Shown here one piece after another: positions 11,294 to 25,300 of a stretch of 64,000 nt of DNA. The stretch is from Lingula anatina (lineage: Eukaryota; Animalia; Brachiopoda). The stretch covers positions 11,594,001-11,658,000 of the forward strand of contig CM120642.1 of assembly GCA_051362555.1 (NCBI GenBank), read 5' to 3'. Under the pieces are notes generated by a model. It did no database searches and was not told the origin of the DNA. It saw only the letters and a program-made list of their open reading frames with translations. A program made the translations under genes and the position numbers. The number at the start of each line of letters is the position of its first letter. Position 1 is the stretch's first letter.

Positions 11294-12933
11294 TATTTAT
11301 TTTGTAAAAAATTAAAGGCAAATCATTTTCCTTGAAACAAAATAATTGCTTTTATAAAAAGCAGATGTATCATCTAAGTTTTGATCTACGATATATCACA
11401 TCTTTGCCATAAACGCGGATGGACTGTAATCATTTGCCAAACCACCTGGGTAAGAAACAGCAAGCAACCCCATACTGTTTCAAGTTTTAACACTGTTCCA
11501 AGAATAGCTCCTTCGACTAGCAGCGGTACCTTGGCAACCACGTAAGCGACCCGTAAAGGGGGTGTTCAGGCGAATTAAAAACTCACCAGTATGTGCCAGA
11601 CAATAAATTACTTTAAAACCACCTCTTCGTATAGCAAACCTTTTTTTATTTTCCGAAACAGTTCGAAGAGGCGATAGTTGGCGTTAAAATCAAGCGAAAT
11701 TAGGCGGGATTTTGCTGACAGTGGGGTCAGAAATAATAACAGACTAGCGATTGCGGTGCGCCTACGAATAAACCCTGACGGAATTCGTCTGAGGTTACTG
11801 ATAGTTTTCTCTAAAGTATCCTTGAGTTACAGTCTTTTGCACTACAGTGCGAATTCTCCGTATTTTGTGTGCCACTTTTGTACTGCTTTCTTAGACGACA
11901 TTCCCGACTCCTGGACAGAGTTTCACCCTTATTGCTAAAAAGTTAACCAAACCTCACGTGGATTCCTGCACAGTCTGGCATCATCGCTTTAGGCTTTCTC
12001 GGATGATACTAATCAAAATTATCGTGAACGCGGTCATGGACGACGGGTCAAAATCTTCATCCATGGCTTTGTCAGTTATGGGCATTTTACAAGTATTAAA
12101 CAACTATAACGTTAAAAAGAAAATACATCGATGACTTTTGTGTGAAGGCAATGCCATAAAATCGGTTTTGTTTTTTCAGAAAACGTAACCAGCGTGTGTT
12201 TTGAGTTTTTTCCGACATGTTAAATGTTGGCTTTCGACTAGGAACATATGTGCACGCGTAACGGTCATAACATTGGCAGTTCTGTTTTTAGTTCTTGGGG
12301 GGCTAAAAATTGAAAACATTCTTTGTCCTGGAATCCAGGTTTAAGGCGAGTAGAACAGCCTGTTTCAAATAACCTCAGTAAGATTGCTTTCTCTCAACTA
12401 GCAGTAGCAGTCATAGAAGCGCAGGTTCAAGACGGTGTAGAGAATGATCGCAATCAGTCAAAAGTCGACTCCTTGGCCAAATGCTGTGGATTCAGCCGTA
12501 AAAATGTGCAGTACCGTCAGACTACTTAAAGATAATTATAACAGAGTGAAGTCGGTAAAAATCTTATTATTACTTACAATTCCAACACGAATGAAAAGGA
12601 ATTCTTAAGCTTTGAAATTCCCGATTATTGAGATTCCCATTTTACTGGTATTTGATTTATAAAACTCCTTGATAAGGGATTGAGGGTGTGGCTTCAAAGT
12701 ACTATTCTGAAATATTTATTTTTGATAAAAAGAAGCCCTCTACGAAATATAATGTCATATCGATTAAAATTTGCTGACATTCGCTACAATTTGATTCTCT
12801 TCAATATCTCTTTACATGCAAATAAGAACCCAGCGAACTTTAATATAAAATATCTTTAAAAAGGTAATAATTATTACTTTCAAATTTTAACAGATTGAAG
12901 CTTTTACTACAGAGGCATCATATATCTGCTGCG

Positions 12934-12973
<40 letters not shown>

Positions 12974-14595
12974 CCAAAGGCACAGAAAATTATAGTTAAA
13001 GGTCAAAGCCGCGTGTTCATCGATACAAGACTGAGCAGACTTGAGATCTCCGCGATCAAATATAAAGCATGCACACAAAAAGCCGTTGTAAAGTCGCATT
13101 TTTCAACCGCAACGTATTTGAACTTTTTTGTAAGTCACTGAAACGGATTTTAAAAACTTAAAAGTGCCAGGAGAAATAGAGTTTGGGTGGCTGTCCCTGA
13201 CCATGCCTCATTCATTCTACATTTTAGGAAATATCTACATTAAGAACTTTTATTGGTTTTATCCATTTTAAGGTCTGGATTGGGAAAGATAAGTAGGTTT
13301 GTCGTATATTTTGACACTTGAAATGACTTTGGGTCATTTTCAAACGAGGTTAGCATACCGTCTATGTTAACAGGACTTTCCCATTGAGTAAGTAACTTAC
13401 TTAGTCTGCAAGTACTTCAAAGAAGAGAAGTCACAAAATCAAAAGGTGGATACTGGCTGCCGTGCATAGCTTGGTCGAAAAGGTCTATTTGTAAACTTTG
13501 TAAACAGCCTTCCTATTACACGCACAATTCGAGATGCTGTACATGTATATGTGCGATGTAGACACTTCTATGACAACACACTGCTTAATCATCATAGTTG
13601 TTTTATTGATATTTTGTAATACAAATCTTACAAAATGACAACGCAAGGAATGTTCTTAAAGCAACGAAAAACAATGTTTTGAGCATGTCCAGAATACATG
13701 AAACAAGGATGTAAAAAGTCCTGGTTTAAAACACACAAACAATATTCTGCCAAACTAAAACCTAACATATCATTGTACTGATCTCCACAGATACAAAACA
13801 TCTACAGTAATTAACGTTGTAACAACATTAATCAGTTTCAAAATAGATTGACTTATCCTAATTAAAGGGGAATTTGTTAACCAGTCTTAGTTCATTTAAA
13901 AATTCTGCCAGAGAGTCAGTCAGTCGATACGCCAGCAGAGGACTCGCTTTATACGGCCACGCAACCAACCAAAGTAAAATCAATAGACTGGATCCTTTTT
14001 TTTTTTTTTCATAATCCACAATATGTTTGCACCACGTGGCTACATGTACTACATCAATGCTCAAGTATCCACGTGATAACCACGTGACCCCAGCGTGACG
14101 TAACATTGTGTACAGGTAAAGCTTCCTAACACTCACCAAAGTTTGGCATTAATCCTTTTTCAAATCAATAAACAAATGGAAGTACTACTTTTAACGTTTA
14201 GGGAGACGTTGAGGCATAATGACAGCTTGTCAGAAGTTTTCTCAGCGGGCAGTGTAAATGCCACGTGTGTTCAGTAAAATGAGCCTACTCTATAGTGATA
14301 AGTCACCACTAGAGACATATTTACATTCAGTTGTGATAGCCTTACTTCTTACCACACTATATCTAAGATAACCTTGCCATGAAACCTGACCAACCCCATT
14401 GCTATGCATGGCAAGCAGCCTAATGGCAATGGTGGTGGGCAGGATGACTTGATGAGAATGGCCCCCTATGCTTAGAAATTAAATCATAAGTTTGATGAGA
14501 CAATATGACATGAAATTTATGTAAGTTAGTGTGCTGCAGAGCCCGTTTCCATGTTGTTACATATATTGATAATCTATGTAAGTTAATTAATGAAA

Positions 14596-14629
<34 letters not shown>

Positions 14630-14672
14630 TTGTGTTAGTTCAAGAAAAAATAATTTGTGACGTGACAGATTC

Positions 14673-14800
14673 TCCAATGATAGAGAGTCCGGTCCCCATT
14701 AATTTGCACATGTAAGCCTTGCCCTAGATTTTGACCCAATCACGTCAGGCTAATCCTAACCTGCATAATTAAATGGAGGGTGGACTCTCTGTTATACGGA
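14673..14800. mobile_element. Small MITE-like inverted repeat
   Basis: TCCAATGATAGAGAGTCCGGTCCCCATTAATTTGCA pairs imperfectly with TGCATAATTAAATGGAGGGTGGACTCTCTGTTATACGGA. Confidence 0.45.
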
Positions 14801-16319
14801 ACTTAAGTTTCATCACAGTTCAAGAAAAAATAACTTACCTACTTTCTAAATTAAAGAAATTTTACTGGCTTAGTTGTATATGTAAATAAAGGAAAAATAT
14901 AACACATTACAATTCATATCTAGTATCATTTCAGGTCCAACTTTGATCACAAACAAACTGATTGAACTCACCAAATGACCAGGTTACATTTCATGCATGG
15001 ACTAAAACACAATCAATGCCTTCAGCTGTGTCAGTGAGGCAGTTAAGTCTATCTCCAATCCAAAACTGTCTTATGTGAACATATCCGGTAAACACACAGT
15101 TAACCCTGTCAGTCACTGCACAGTCCATGCATGCTTCTTTATGTATATATTTTTACAAGAGCTTGATATCTTTAAAAGTCCACTGCACTCTTTATACAAA
15201 GTCTGCACAACTGAGTAAATGCACAAAAAAGTATACACACATTCAAATGAACTTTTGTCAATTACACAAACAACAGGTGACCAATGTGTTATACACTTGG
15301 GTTTTTTCTCTACTTGAATACTACTAAAAAGCTACATCTATATATGTGAACGTGTGTGGTTTTGATTTTTTTAAATGCTTATTAATAATTATTTCTCAGT
15401 ATGTTTATGCACTGAATAAATATAAACTTGTCTTCAGTTCAGGTACCCTGTCACAGTTTACACTTGCTCACATCAGGCAGAGGAAGAATACACAAATACA
15501 TCTTGATAATCAGAATATGCATTGAAACATACTAGGTTTTAGATCTTCTGCATTCTTCCATATCCTCATTTTAAATACACATGCTAAAAATAAGGCCGAT
15601 ATTTAACTGTCAAGTTTAAATCTCATTACAAGATAGTATACATGATGTCTTTTAGATAAAGGGACTACTGGTGCCTAGAAAATTTGAAACAAGTGTTTTT
15701 TTGTCCTGTACATGGTACAAAAACTTTAAAAATAAGGAAAAACATTATCATGTTTAGGGATGAGCAGGTGGGTTAGTTATTACTTTTAATAACTACATCT
15801 TTGTATGAAATACACCCCATTTGATTGAAAAAAAAAATGCACATCTAGGATTTGACAGAAAACAACATTACACACCTTTCATCAACGTAAGACTAGATCC
15901 AATAAAAAAAGATGCCTAATTAAAGTGTAAAAAGGAATTCAGCTGATAAACTGACTTAAACACAGCACTGGTAATGACCTTGGTAAAACTAGTGTAGATC
16001 CTAAATAGTGCATCACATCACTGGGCATGTCAGACCTCAAAGATATTGCCCAATTTCCAATTTTTTTACTTGGGATAAAAGAAATGATCGTGTAGATACT
16101 GTGTACGTTTTCTTATTCACTTCAGGCACATCTAAAGACTAAAAAAATCATTTGGGTGAAATATTTCATCCCATTTACCAGCACATTAAATCCAAGTTTG
16201 AGTTAGTCTAGGTATCATAGCATACTTTTAATACCAAATCTGTAGAGTAACGGCACCTTGATGTGCACTAGTTTCTAGATCCAGAGAGCTCCATCATCTG
16301 TGCTCTCCTGCATTAATTG

Positions 16320-19300
16320 TCAGTCCACCTCCGTGAGGTCCCCAAAGAGTCCTCGCACCTCTAAGGTGGATGCCACGTCCATGACCAGCCTGTGGAGCGA
16401 TGCCTGGTGGAGAATCTCATCCTCTGGAAGTGGGGGCTGGGTTGTGGGGTAATAACTGGGACCCTGGGGGCAGAGAAAGAAATGTGTTGTTAAAAAATAC
16501 TCTTTCAAATGTTTTCTGAAAATCTGCATTGAGAATAAAGAAAGAGTCTTTTGTTGGTGTTTACAATCTGTGAATGTGTAAGCTGACTTGTTGCTTAATA
16601 TATCTCCTATCTCGGGTAGCAAAAAAGCAAAAATTACTTCATCAACATGCTTTTGATAGTTCATTGTTCAGATATATGCTTATTGTGATTGTTGCGTGTG
16701 TGCAAGGTGTCAGTGTGTGTTAAACTGACACTTCTAACATGTTAAGTGCCACGTACATACAGTGTGTTTGTTGTGACAGTGCTAAGTATCACAGTGTGTA
16801 AGACAAACCAATGCATTCAATGTGATAATGCTCTCTTACCTTGAACCCTCTGTGTAACCTTAGAGTTATCCAGCAGAATATGAACCTCAGCATCAGAAGC
16901 CTCAGAAAGTCATCACCATAAAACTGCATAAATGCATGATCTGAAAGCAAAAGATAATTCTTTACCAATAACTAAATTCCCTAAGTGCTGTCACATCCAA
17001 TCTTACTAAAAAAGTTTGCTGGCTGAAAAAAAAAGCTTATATTTCAGATAGGAAAAAAATGGAGGACAGACAGATATTAAATTAAGAACAAAAACAGTCT
17101 TTTTGTCAGAGACTCACCTAATGACCTTGACCTAGAAAACACCTTGCTAGCTTCGGCCATGAACTTTTCAATGTGGCCTTGACATTTGTCCCACAGTGCA
17201 ATAGGAATGTCAACGATGCTGCAGACATAGCAAAACCCCATTAGAGGGCTGTGAAGGAACATTGTGAACAGATTACCTTTTTGATGTTGATCTAAAAGAA
17301 AGGATTTATCATGTATTATATGTAGCACCTCTTCTGCAAATATATTTTGTAGGTGTTTTTTATTCTATCGTTGGCTGAAACAAAAGATATAACTTTTTCT
17401 CAAAATATACTTCAGCATAGCCAATAATACTACTACTACTACTAGTACTACTAGTAAAAGAATTGTACTGGCGGGTGAAATTTGGCTTAAATGAAACAAC
17501 TCTTGAGTCAGTAGTTCCACATTGGGATCAGTTGCAAGTGGGTTTCTGAGATTGGCCAAAAAGTACATTTATTTATTTATTTTAGTTCATGTACATGATT
17601 GTAAATAATGAATATTGTTTCTCACCTTGCATTGTTGCAGGCACATTTTCTGGTGACAATAAACATGCCATAGGCTGACCAAACAAATTTGGGAAGTTCT
17701 GAAGAAGATGAATCACTATACACATGTAGATTTTATTTCATACAAGTCTATTTTATAAAGTTAAAATATAAATTTGCTATATATGTTTTATATTCCTGTA
17801 CATTCTATTGTCAGTGTTTTGAAAAGAAAAATGCGAACGCAGGTACGTTTGCCTTCTATCTCTCTCTCACACACAACCACACACATACACACACACACTA
17901 CATTAATAATCTCAGAAAGAGAAAACACAAAATGTTTGCAGCTACCAGTGGGCAATCTCACCTGAAAGGCAGTACTGTTATCACTGTCAATGATAAGAAA
18001 CAAAGGCTTTCTGGTGAAGGGATAGACATCTCCTGGATGAAGACTGCAAGAAAAAACTTAACATTTATAGCTGGACAGTCAGGAGATCAAATATTTTTAA
18101 GAGAAAAGAACTTGAAACTGTTTAAGACTCAAGATAAGATTTTCATTTTTTTGGTCATTTTCGTTGCTTTTATTTATTATTTCTGTGCTTTTATTTGCAT
18201 TATCTATTAGTTATGGAACACAAGTGTGACTGCAATTTTAATTAAAATATCAGTGCTTAGTAAGCATGGTATTGAGCATATTTGTCCTTCCTGCAAAATT
18301 CTTAGACTGCATTCCCATAAACATATCGTAATCAAATCAGCTTGTCTGATAGGACCCTTTGAGTAACTTGACTATCATTAATTATCCACTAGCAGCTTGA
18401 GTAGGTGTGCCAGACATGTGAGCCGTTTACACCATAAACATATCGTATTAGCTGGATCGTTCTTACTCTACAGGGCTTCTTTCTCAAGTCCTTTCAGAGA
18501 AATCAGCTTGTCTGATAGGACCCTTTGAGTAACTTGACTATCATTAATTATCCACTAGCAGCTTGAGTAGGTGTGCCAGACATGTAAGCCGTTTACACTG
18601 AACTCAATTTAGCGAGAATCCCTGCAGACTTAGATCAATCCAGCTACTACGCTGGGCTTATAAGAAGCCCCCCTTAGTTTTAGGTCACGTTCAATCCCAA
18701 TAACAAACTGTATACCCACCAGTGCATCTCTTTGATATGAGCAGGTCTTTTTGTTCTGTTGTTGAAGGCATCTCCTTCTCTTTTGTTGTTTGTAACAACC
18801 CCTCCAAAGTCAAATGCCACTGAAAATTTTGTATAACAATAAAAACAATAACCATCATTCATGGTCCATATGTATATATTTTCATGCACTGTCAGGTAAT
18901 TAATTCAAAATGCTTTAAATCTTTTCATCATTTGATGAGTGGAAATGATCCATATTTAGTTTTCTTCTGTTCATCAATGGTCTTAATTTAAAATTAGTTT
19001 TTAAAAAATGGCAAGAAACAAGTAAAATAGTGCTTCTCCAGATACCATTACAAAAATGCACTCACCATCTTCTGTCTCTTTCATGTTCCCCAAACTACCA
19101 TCAGCAGACACATAGACTAACATAGCGCCCCCTGGGGGCAGTTCCTTGAACCCTGATGCCAGGAATGTGTATAACTGACTAAAGGTAGGTTTATACAGGA
19201 GATATTTGTGAGGGTTGTCCCTTTTGTTGATTTTATCTCCATTTTCCTGCAATAAACAGATCACTTGTCAACTCAATAAGACTTTAGTATTCTTGAATGC

Positions 19301-22300
19301 AAGCTGTTAGCTTCTGATACATAAATATTTCCAACAGATGTCCTTTTACATATTCTTGGCATTTGCCATCTAGTATTATATAAAAAATTCATCTATAGCT
19401 CTACATTGGAATATCTGAATTAATTTATACAATTCTTCAACTCTTATATCAAACTCAACAAAGGAAGAGACTTACAAATCCAGGTTTATTCCCTGGGGCT
19501 GGGGACTGGTCATAGAGCTGATTGGATAAATCTTCCTGGGGTTCTCGCTCTAGGGTCTGGAGCATTCTGAACATGTCTAATGTAAGTTCACTAAATTTTA
19601 CCTGCAAAAACAGAGATACATGCATTTCTTTTTAAATTTACTGATTACAAAGAATCTTACATATCCATTTTAACTACTCGGTGTGTGTGTGTGCGCGTGT
19701 GTTTGTGTATGTGTGTGTGTTTCTATACAAAGGCATCTGAATGTATCTGTCGTCTTTTTTTTCTACTTTTGTATTATATTTGCCATGAAATGTGTATAGG
19801 TCAAAAGCTGCAAAAGTGGTAAGGTACCATCATGATCTTAATCAGCTATTATCATTTATACTCTTATCCACTGTTATTATTGACATAATCATTTAATCTC
19901 TCTCCCCCCTCACACCTGTTCGTAACAATTGCCCACTATGAGTATCTCCTGTAGCGTGAGGTAGACAGAGGACCCCTGCTCCATAGGTGGCGTGTTTAGT
20001 GGTGTAAGGCGATGTGATAATACAATAGGTGAGGAGTCCACATCTACAACATTGACAGGGACATCTGCCTACAGATATCAAAGTAAAAAAATTATCACAA
20101 GTTAAACAACCAGGAATTAATATATATGTAGAATTTTAAATATGTGTTCCTTTTATGCATAAATTTTATAAAGGCTTGGAATTTATGTTGTAGATAAATA
20201 ACCTTGGTTATACATAGGATACCATAAAATTGGTATAACTGCACTTAAAGGTTCCTTTATTGTTCTCATCTCACAACAGCAAATGATTAATGCATGACAA
20301 AATAACATATAATTGTGTAAATGTGGTATCATTATTGCACTCTTTCTATTTTCAACCAACTTTCCAGGAAATAATATCCCTGTTCAGTGAAATGTCAATA
20401 AGCCTCCTTTGAAGTGGCTCAGTTTGAAGCACTCCATTAAATGTCTCAATACTTCATCAATTGATATTGGATTGAGGAAAACCTAGCTATTATAAATAAT
20501 CTGGCAACAAAATTGATATTTTCACACAAAAAGCAACAGTTTATCCCATAATAGTTCTACCAGTTCTGGACCTCAAATTCTTTCCTTCACAGAGGTTGTT
20601 TTACTGTTTTATCATAAATGGTGGGAACAGGCATTTTGATAACATTTTATGTTAGACATTTGAATGGCCTCTGCACACACAGTCAGAATTCATAAGTGAG
20701 AAAGATATACTTAATTTACTGAAAATGCACATGTAACCTAGTAAGGTTTCTGAGTAAAATATATAATAACCTTGAAAAATTAGCACTGATTTCACTCTCT
20801 TAGAAAAAAAAAACTCACATAAAACACTAAACTGCTGCATTTCAACTTTACAAGAAACTAACAAAAATTCCCAATCATGTCATAAATCAGTTGCAAGTAA
20901 GAAGTCATATCAAAATAAAATTTTTTCTCAGTTTATTTCTACACCATGGAACTTCAAAATGCAGCATGTGGATAAACCACACAAGCTTTTTATCTAATAT
21001 GTAATACATGAAACTCATACATAACACAATATGCATGCAAAACCAATATCTTAAGTGATCAATCCCTGTCATAGCCAATATAGGGGAACGTATCAATATA
21101 CTGCTGGATGATAGCAGAGTACTGCTTGTCAGCAAGTCAGAATTAGTCTGAATACTTGAAGGAAATGATACGTTCAAGTAAAAACTTCTTACTCATGCAT
21201 CTGTTTCCAATAGGGAAAAAAGCTGTGGTCCAAAAAAGTCTTCTTTTGTAATTAAGTAGCAAAAATCCAGCTGTAAATATTTCAAAATTGCACTTTAAGC
21301 TACATAATTCTACTACACAGTATTTCTATTTGAGATAGCTGATTTATGATGCTCTAGACAGAGTAAAACGGATACTAATCTAATACTTCCTAGTTCACCA
21401 AGGATTGTCATTTGCTACATTTAGCAAACAGAATATGAAAAATAACCAATTACGAAAAAAAAAAGAGTACTGCAATTTCCCAAAGGTAAAGAAGTCATCT
21501 GCAAATCTACGTCTTCATGCCACTAGTCAATAACTTACTCAAAATTTCATATGGTGTCTTGTTAATAATGATGCCTATTTCCAAAGCTGAGGAATTCATT
21601 AATATGGGACTTTTTCAGGAAAAGAAATGCATGGTGCATACGCACTATAAAGTATAAATGTTCTGACATGATGAAAGTCAACAAAAACGCACACACACAC
21701 ATACACTTATGTGTCAATCACTAACAAATTTGATGCATGTAAATATATCCAATATTTATTTGTACTACCATTGTCAAGTTTGTTATATCCTGATAACTAT
21801 TTGAATAGTCTATTAAAATTGACACACTGGAAATTTTTAACTTTAAGAATACATGTACCCTGCTCCTCACAGTAAAATCCATGCAGAAGAACCCTCATTT
21901 TGACCAAAGAAGATAATAAGATAGAGCATACCAATATTAATACAATAGAGGTCTAATTAAAAACATCATGCCTGTAGGTTCTTCATACAAGAGCTGGGTT
22001 CCTAAAGGGCAGATTCACCTTTTGGCCAAACTCATAAGCGATCTGTTGTGTAGGGAATTAATCAGACAAGACCATGAATACTTGACAGAGCACCCTTGGT
22101 TGAAATAACCAATATGTTGCTGGTTGCCAGCATTTAGGGGCCTGTCTTTAACCACATACTTATACAGTCTATAATTTGATAAGCTTCCAGCTTAGAGCTA
22201 AAATTAGATCACTTTCAATCGTATATGTGGCCATTTGTATGGCGAGTCTTCTGAGACCTATGGCTCTTTACAGACCCATAATTTCCTTTATTAATGCGGC

Positions 22301-25300
22301 GAAAATGACTGGTTGCTCACAGGAAGGCCAATTACTTGCCAGACAAGCCCAGAGAGGGTATTCAGTAGTCTTTGATGTTTGGTACTTGGCTATGACTGAT
22401 CTTTACATCATCATCAGCAGCAAAGGGACCATATATATGTCAAGGACTGCCATAACAGTTTTTCTCTTCTATTTCTGGAGTCCTTGCTTTAGGAACCTTG
22501 GTCAATAGATGACTAACTTTAATTTGTTCCAAGTTTAAATTGAAAAATCAAAGTACCAGAAGCTTAGGGTCAATTTGTCAGAGCTATTGAAGAAAATCAT
22601 CTTCATTAAAATCCTTTGAAATCCCACATAATCCATGACTTTTGAAAGAGTGCCATTAAAAAAATGAAGGGTGATAGCATATAGATATTCACAAAAAAAA
22701 TACAATATGGCATATTCAGATATAAAATCTGTTGGTAAAAGGCATGATTTAATAAAGATGACTGAATTGGATGTTCTTTTTCTTTAACACACACACGCTC
22801 ACATCCACACTCACTACTTACACATGTATGACAAGAAATAAATACACTATTGATTTTCATCCCTCCAAAGCTAATTCTAGAAGAAAATTGAAAATGAATT
22901 GAGATAATGTGCTGTTTGCTCAACATGACACCCTAAACTTAGTCGAAGATATCAATTTTTAGATTCTAGCACCACACAAGTCTTTCTCTTATGTTTTAGT
23001 CAAAGATGCCTTTCTTTTCCAAATCAATAATAAAAAGCAAAAACTGATCTTTTTTTAACGTTTAATTAAATAATATTTGTCACTTGTAAAAAAAGCATAT
23101 GCCTGGACCTGTCAAGTTCTGTAAATTGTCTCCAAAGGAATGAGCCAAGTCCAACTTAACTTTTCAGTGGCAGTGAAGTGCTGACAAATGTAACTATGTG
23201 GGCAAACACAGAATATATCGTGTTGTGAGATTTATAGGCAAGTTGATGGGGAAAAATGAAAAACTGAGCAAAAGCAGAAGTATGTATGTAAAAAGCAAGT
23301 GGCGAAAGAGGAGGGAGCATCTGACAGTCAACCATAAGTGTTATGATGTTGAAACCACACAGCTAGTTTCATTATTAAAAAAATGCAGTAAATATATTAA
23401 CTTTTTCGTGTAAAAAATATATATCTCCTTTAAAAGACATCTACATATCTTTTTTAGAATAAAAAATATTGTAACAAATACTTTCACATAAACCTTGGCT
23501 TTTTAATCATCAAGATCAAACTTGGATTTGAAATAACACTAACACTGGTATTTTGTCCAAACACTATAGCAATCACAACAGAAACTGCAAATAAGTTTTA
23601 ACTTTAACCCCCCCCCAAATGAGACATTTCTCTTATCAATTTCATTGATACATTTTCTCTCTTTTGCTGAGATGATCAATTTCCTGCTGGCCATTCAACA
23701 AATGAATATAGACCTCCCACAGTATGTGACTGTTAAGGATATGCTTGACATTAGAGCAGAATGCATAGGTAGTATTCATAACAGAAACAACATAAAATGC
23801 AAATAGACATCATAAGATGAGTAGATACCTAGCAGCCTCTTTTGGGCATTTGACAGGCAACTATTCAACTGTCTTTTGGACTCCCTATTTCAATTCTGGA
23901 TTGTCAATTTTTTAGATTATTGTTATAGGGGCTAAAGGTATATGGTAGAATAGATGTCCCAACTTAGTAAGAAAATAAATTTGATTTCCTTTTCTTCAAA
24001 TTCTGGCTTAACTCTTTACTTGGGCCTTGGTCACATCTTTAAATTTTGTGTTATATAATGGCATCATCAGGTGGCATAAATTAGTCTGATAAAGGAAAAA
24101 TCCTAAATACCACTGGAATTATCAGTGAGAATAATATTGAGTTAATGCTGGTACATACCTCAATGAAAGCTTTGATCTCCCCAAGAACCAGTGACCACTC
24201 CAGCTGGTCCTCAGGTTCATAGATCTGTGTGTAGTCTTCTATTTGTTTTGCAAGTTCCTTATAGGAAATGAAAAATAAATTTAAAAAAATCTTATTTCGA
24301 CCTACATGTTAATGTTACCTGATAACTGTTCCAGGTCTTAAACATGTCATCATATTGCCAATTTAATTCATTCAAGATTCAGATGTCTGCAGCACAGCAG
24401 TAATTCTCACCACAGGGGTCAGTATAATTAAGAGCCCCACATGTCCCCCAGATATCAAAACCTCTGACAAATTAATTTTGTTGTCTGGTGACATGTTTCA
24501 GACATAATATTAATATGTCCCTACATATTTCTATTATTCACTTTTATTTTCTTTAGCTAAACCCAAAAATCTATTTCCCATTGATCAAAGTGTGTTCTTA
24601 TGTGCATGAGTTGAAAGTGGAACTTACCCTTACTAAATCCCTGACAAGTTTCATTTTTTTTAGCAGTAAGCATACCACAATAAACCTAGCATAGTACCGT
24701 AATTTCTTCACCATAAGATCGGGCCTAAAATTAAAATATATATTCATAATTATCATAATCATTATCACTAATAACTATTAACAAAACAAAACTTTGCATA
24801 TTTATAGTGTGGCAAAAAAGTGTAACTTAATTAAAGTTTTTTTTTATTTCAACTTTAGGACCTTTCTAAAGATACATTAAAAAAACACACCAAAATTCTA
24901 ACATGAATTACTAAAAACATTATTTCTATCTAGTATGCAACAACAAATATTAAAATTATACTGTGAAAGTTTCTTTTTATGTACTCATGAAGAAAATTTA
25001 CCTTTCTTCTTTGTTGGCTTTGGAATAGTAAGCTCTCATTCTTATAGCTGAGTAAAAAGAGAAGGCCTCATTCAAGTAGTTTGTCTCGCTGGTTCGAAGG
25101 CTGCAAAACAAGAAAAGATTGACTCGTAGCATAGTTAATCAAGGCAGAACACAATTTTCTCACACTTTTACCTGGTGAAGATCTACCAATAACAAACTGG
25201 AATTTTGTGCAGCAAAAAAAGGATGACACAGAAGTGCGAAAGTCAGGGATAATGGATCTATTTTAAAGAATTTGAACCGCTATAAACAAATTAAAATTCA

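Noticed and set aside
17689-18210. 173-aa plus-strand ORF
   Set aside because: It is antisense to SCAI exons and intron, runs through CA/CT microsatellites, and has no recognisable domain.
20100-24150. Short ORFs within the long SCAI introns
   Set aside because: AT-rich random ORFs; I could see no consistent splice structure or protein motif.
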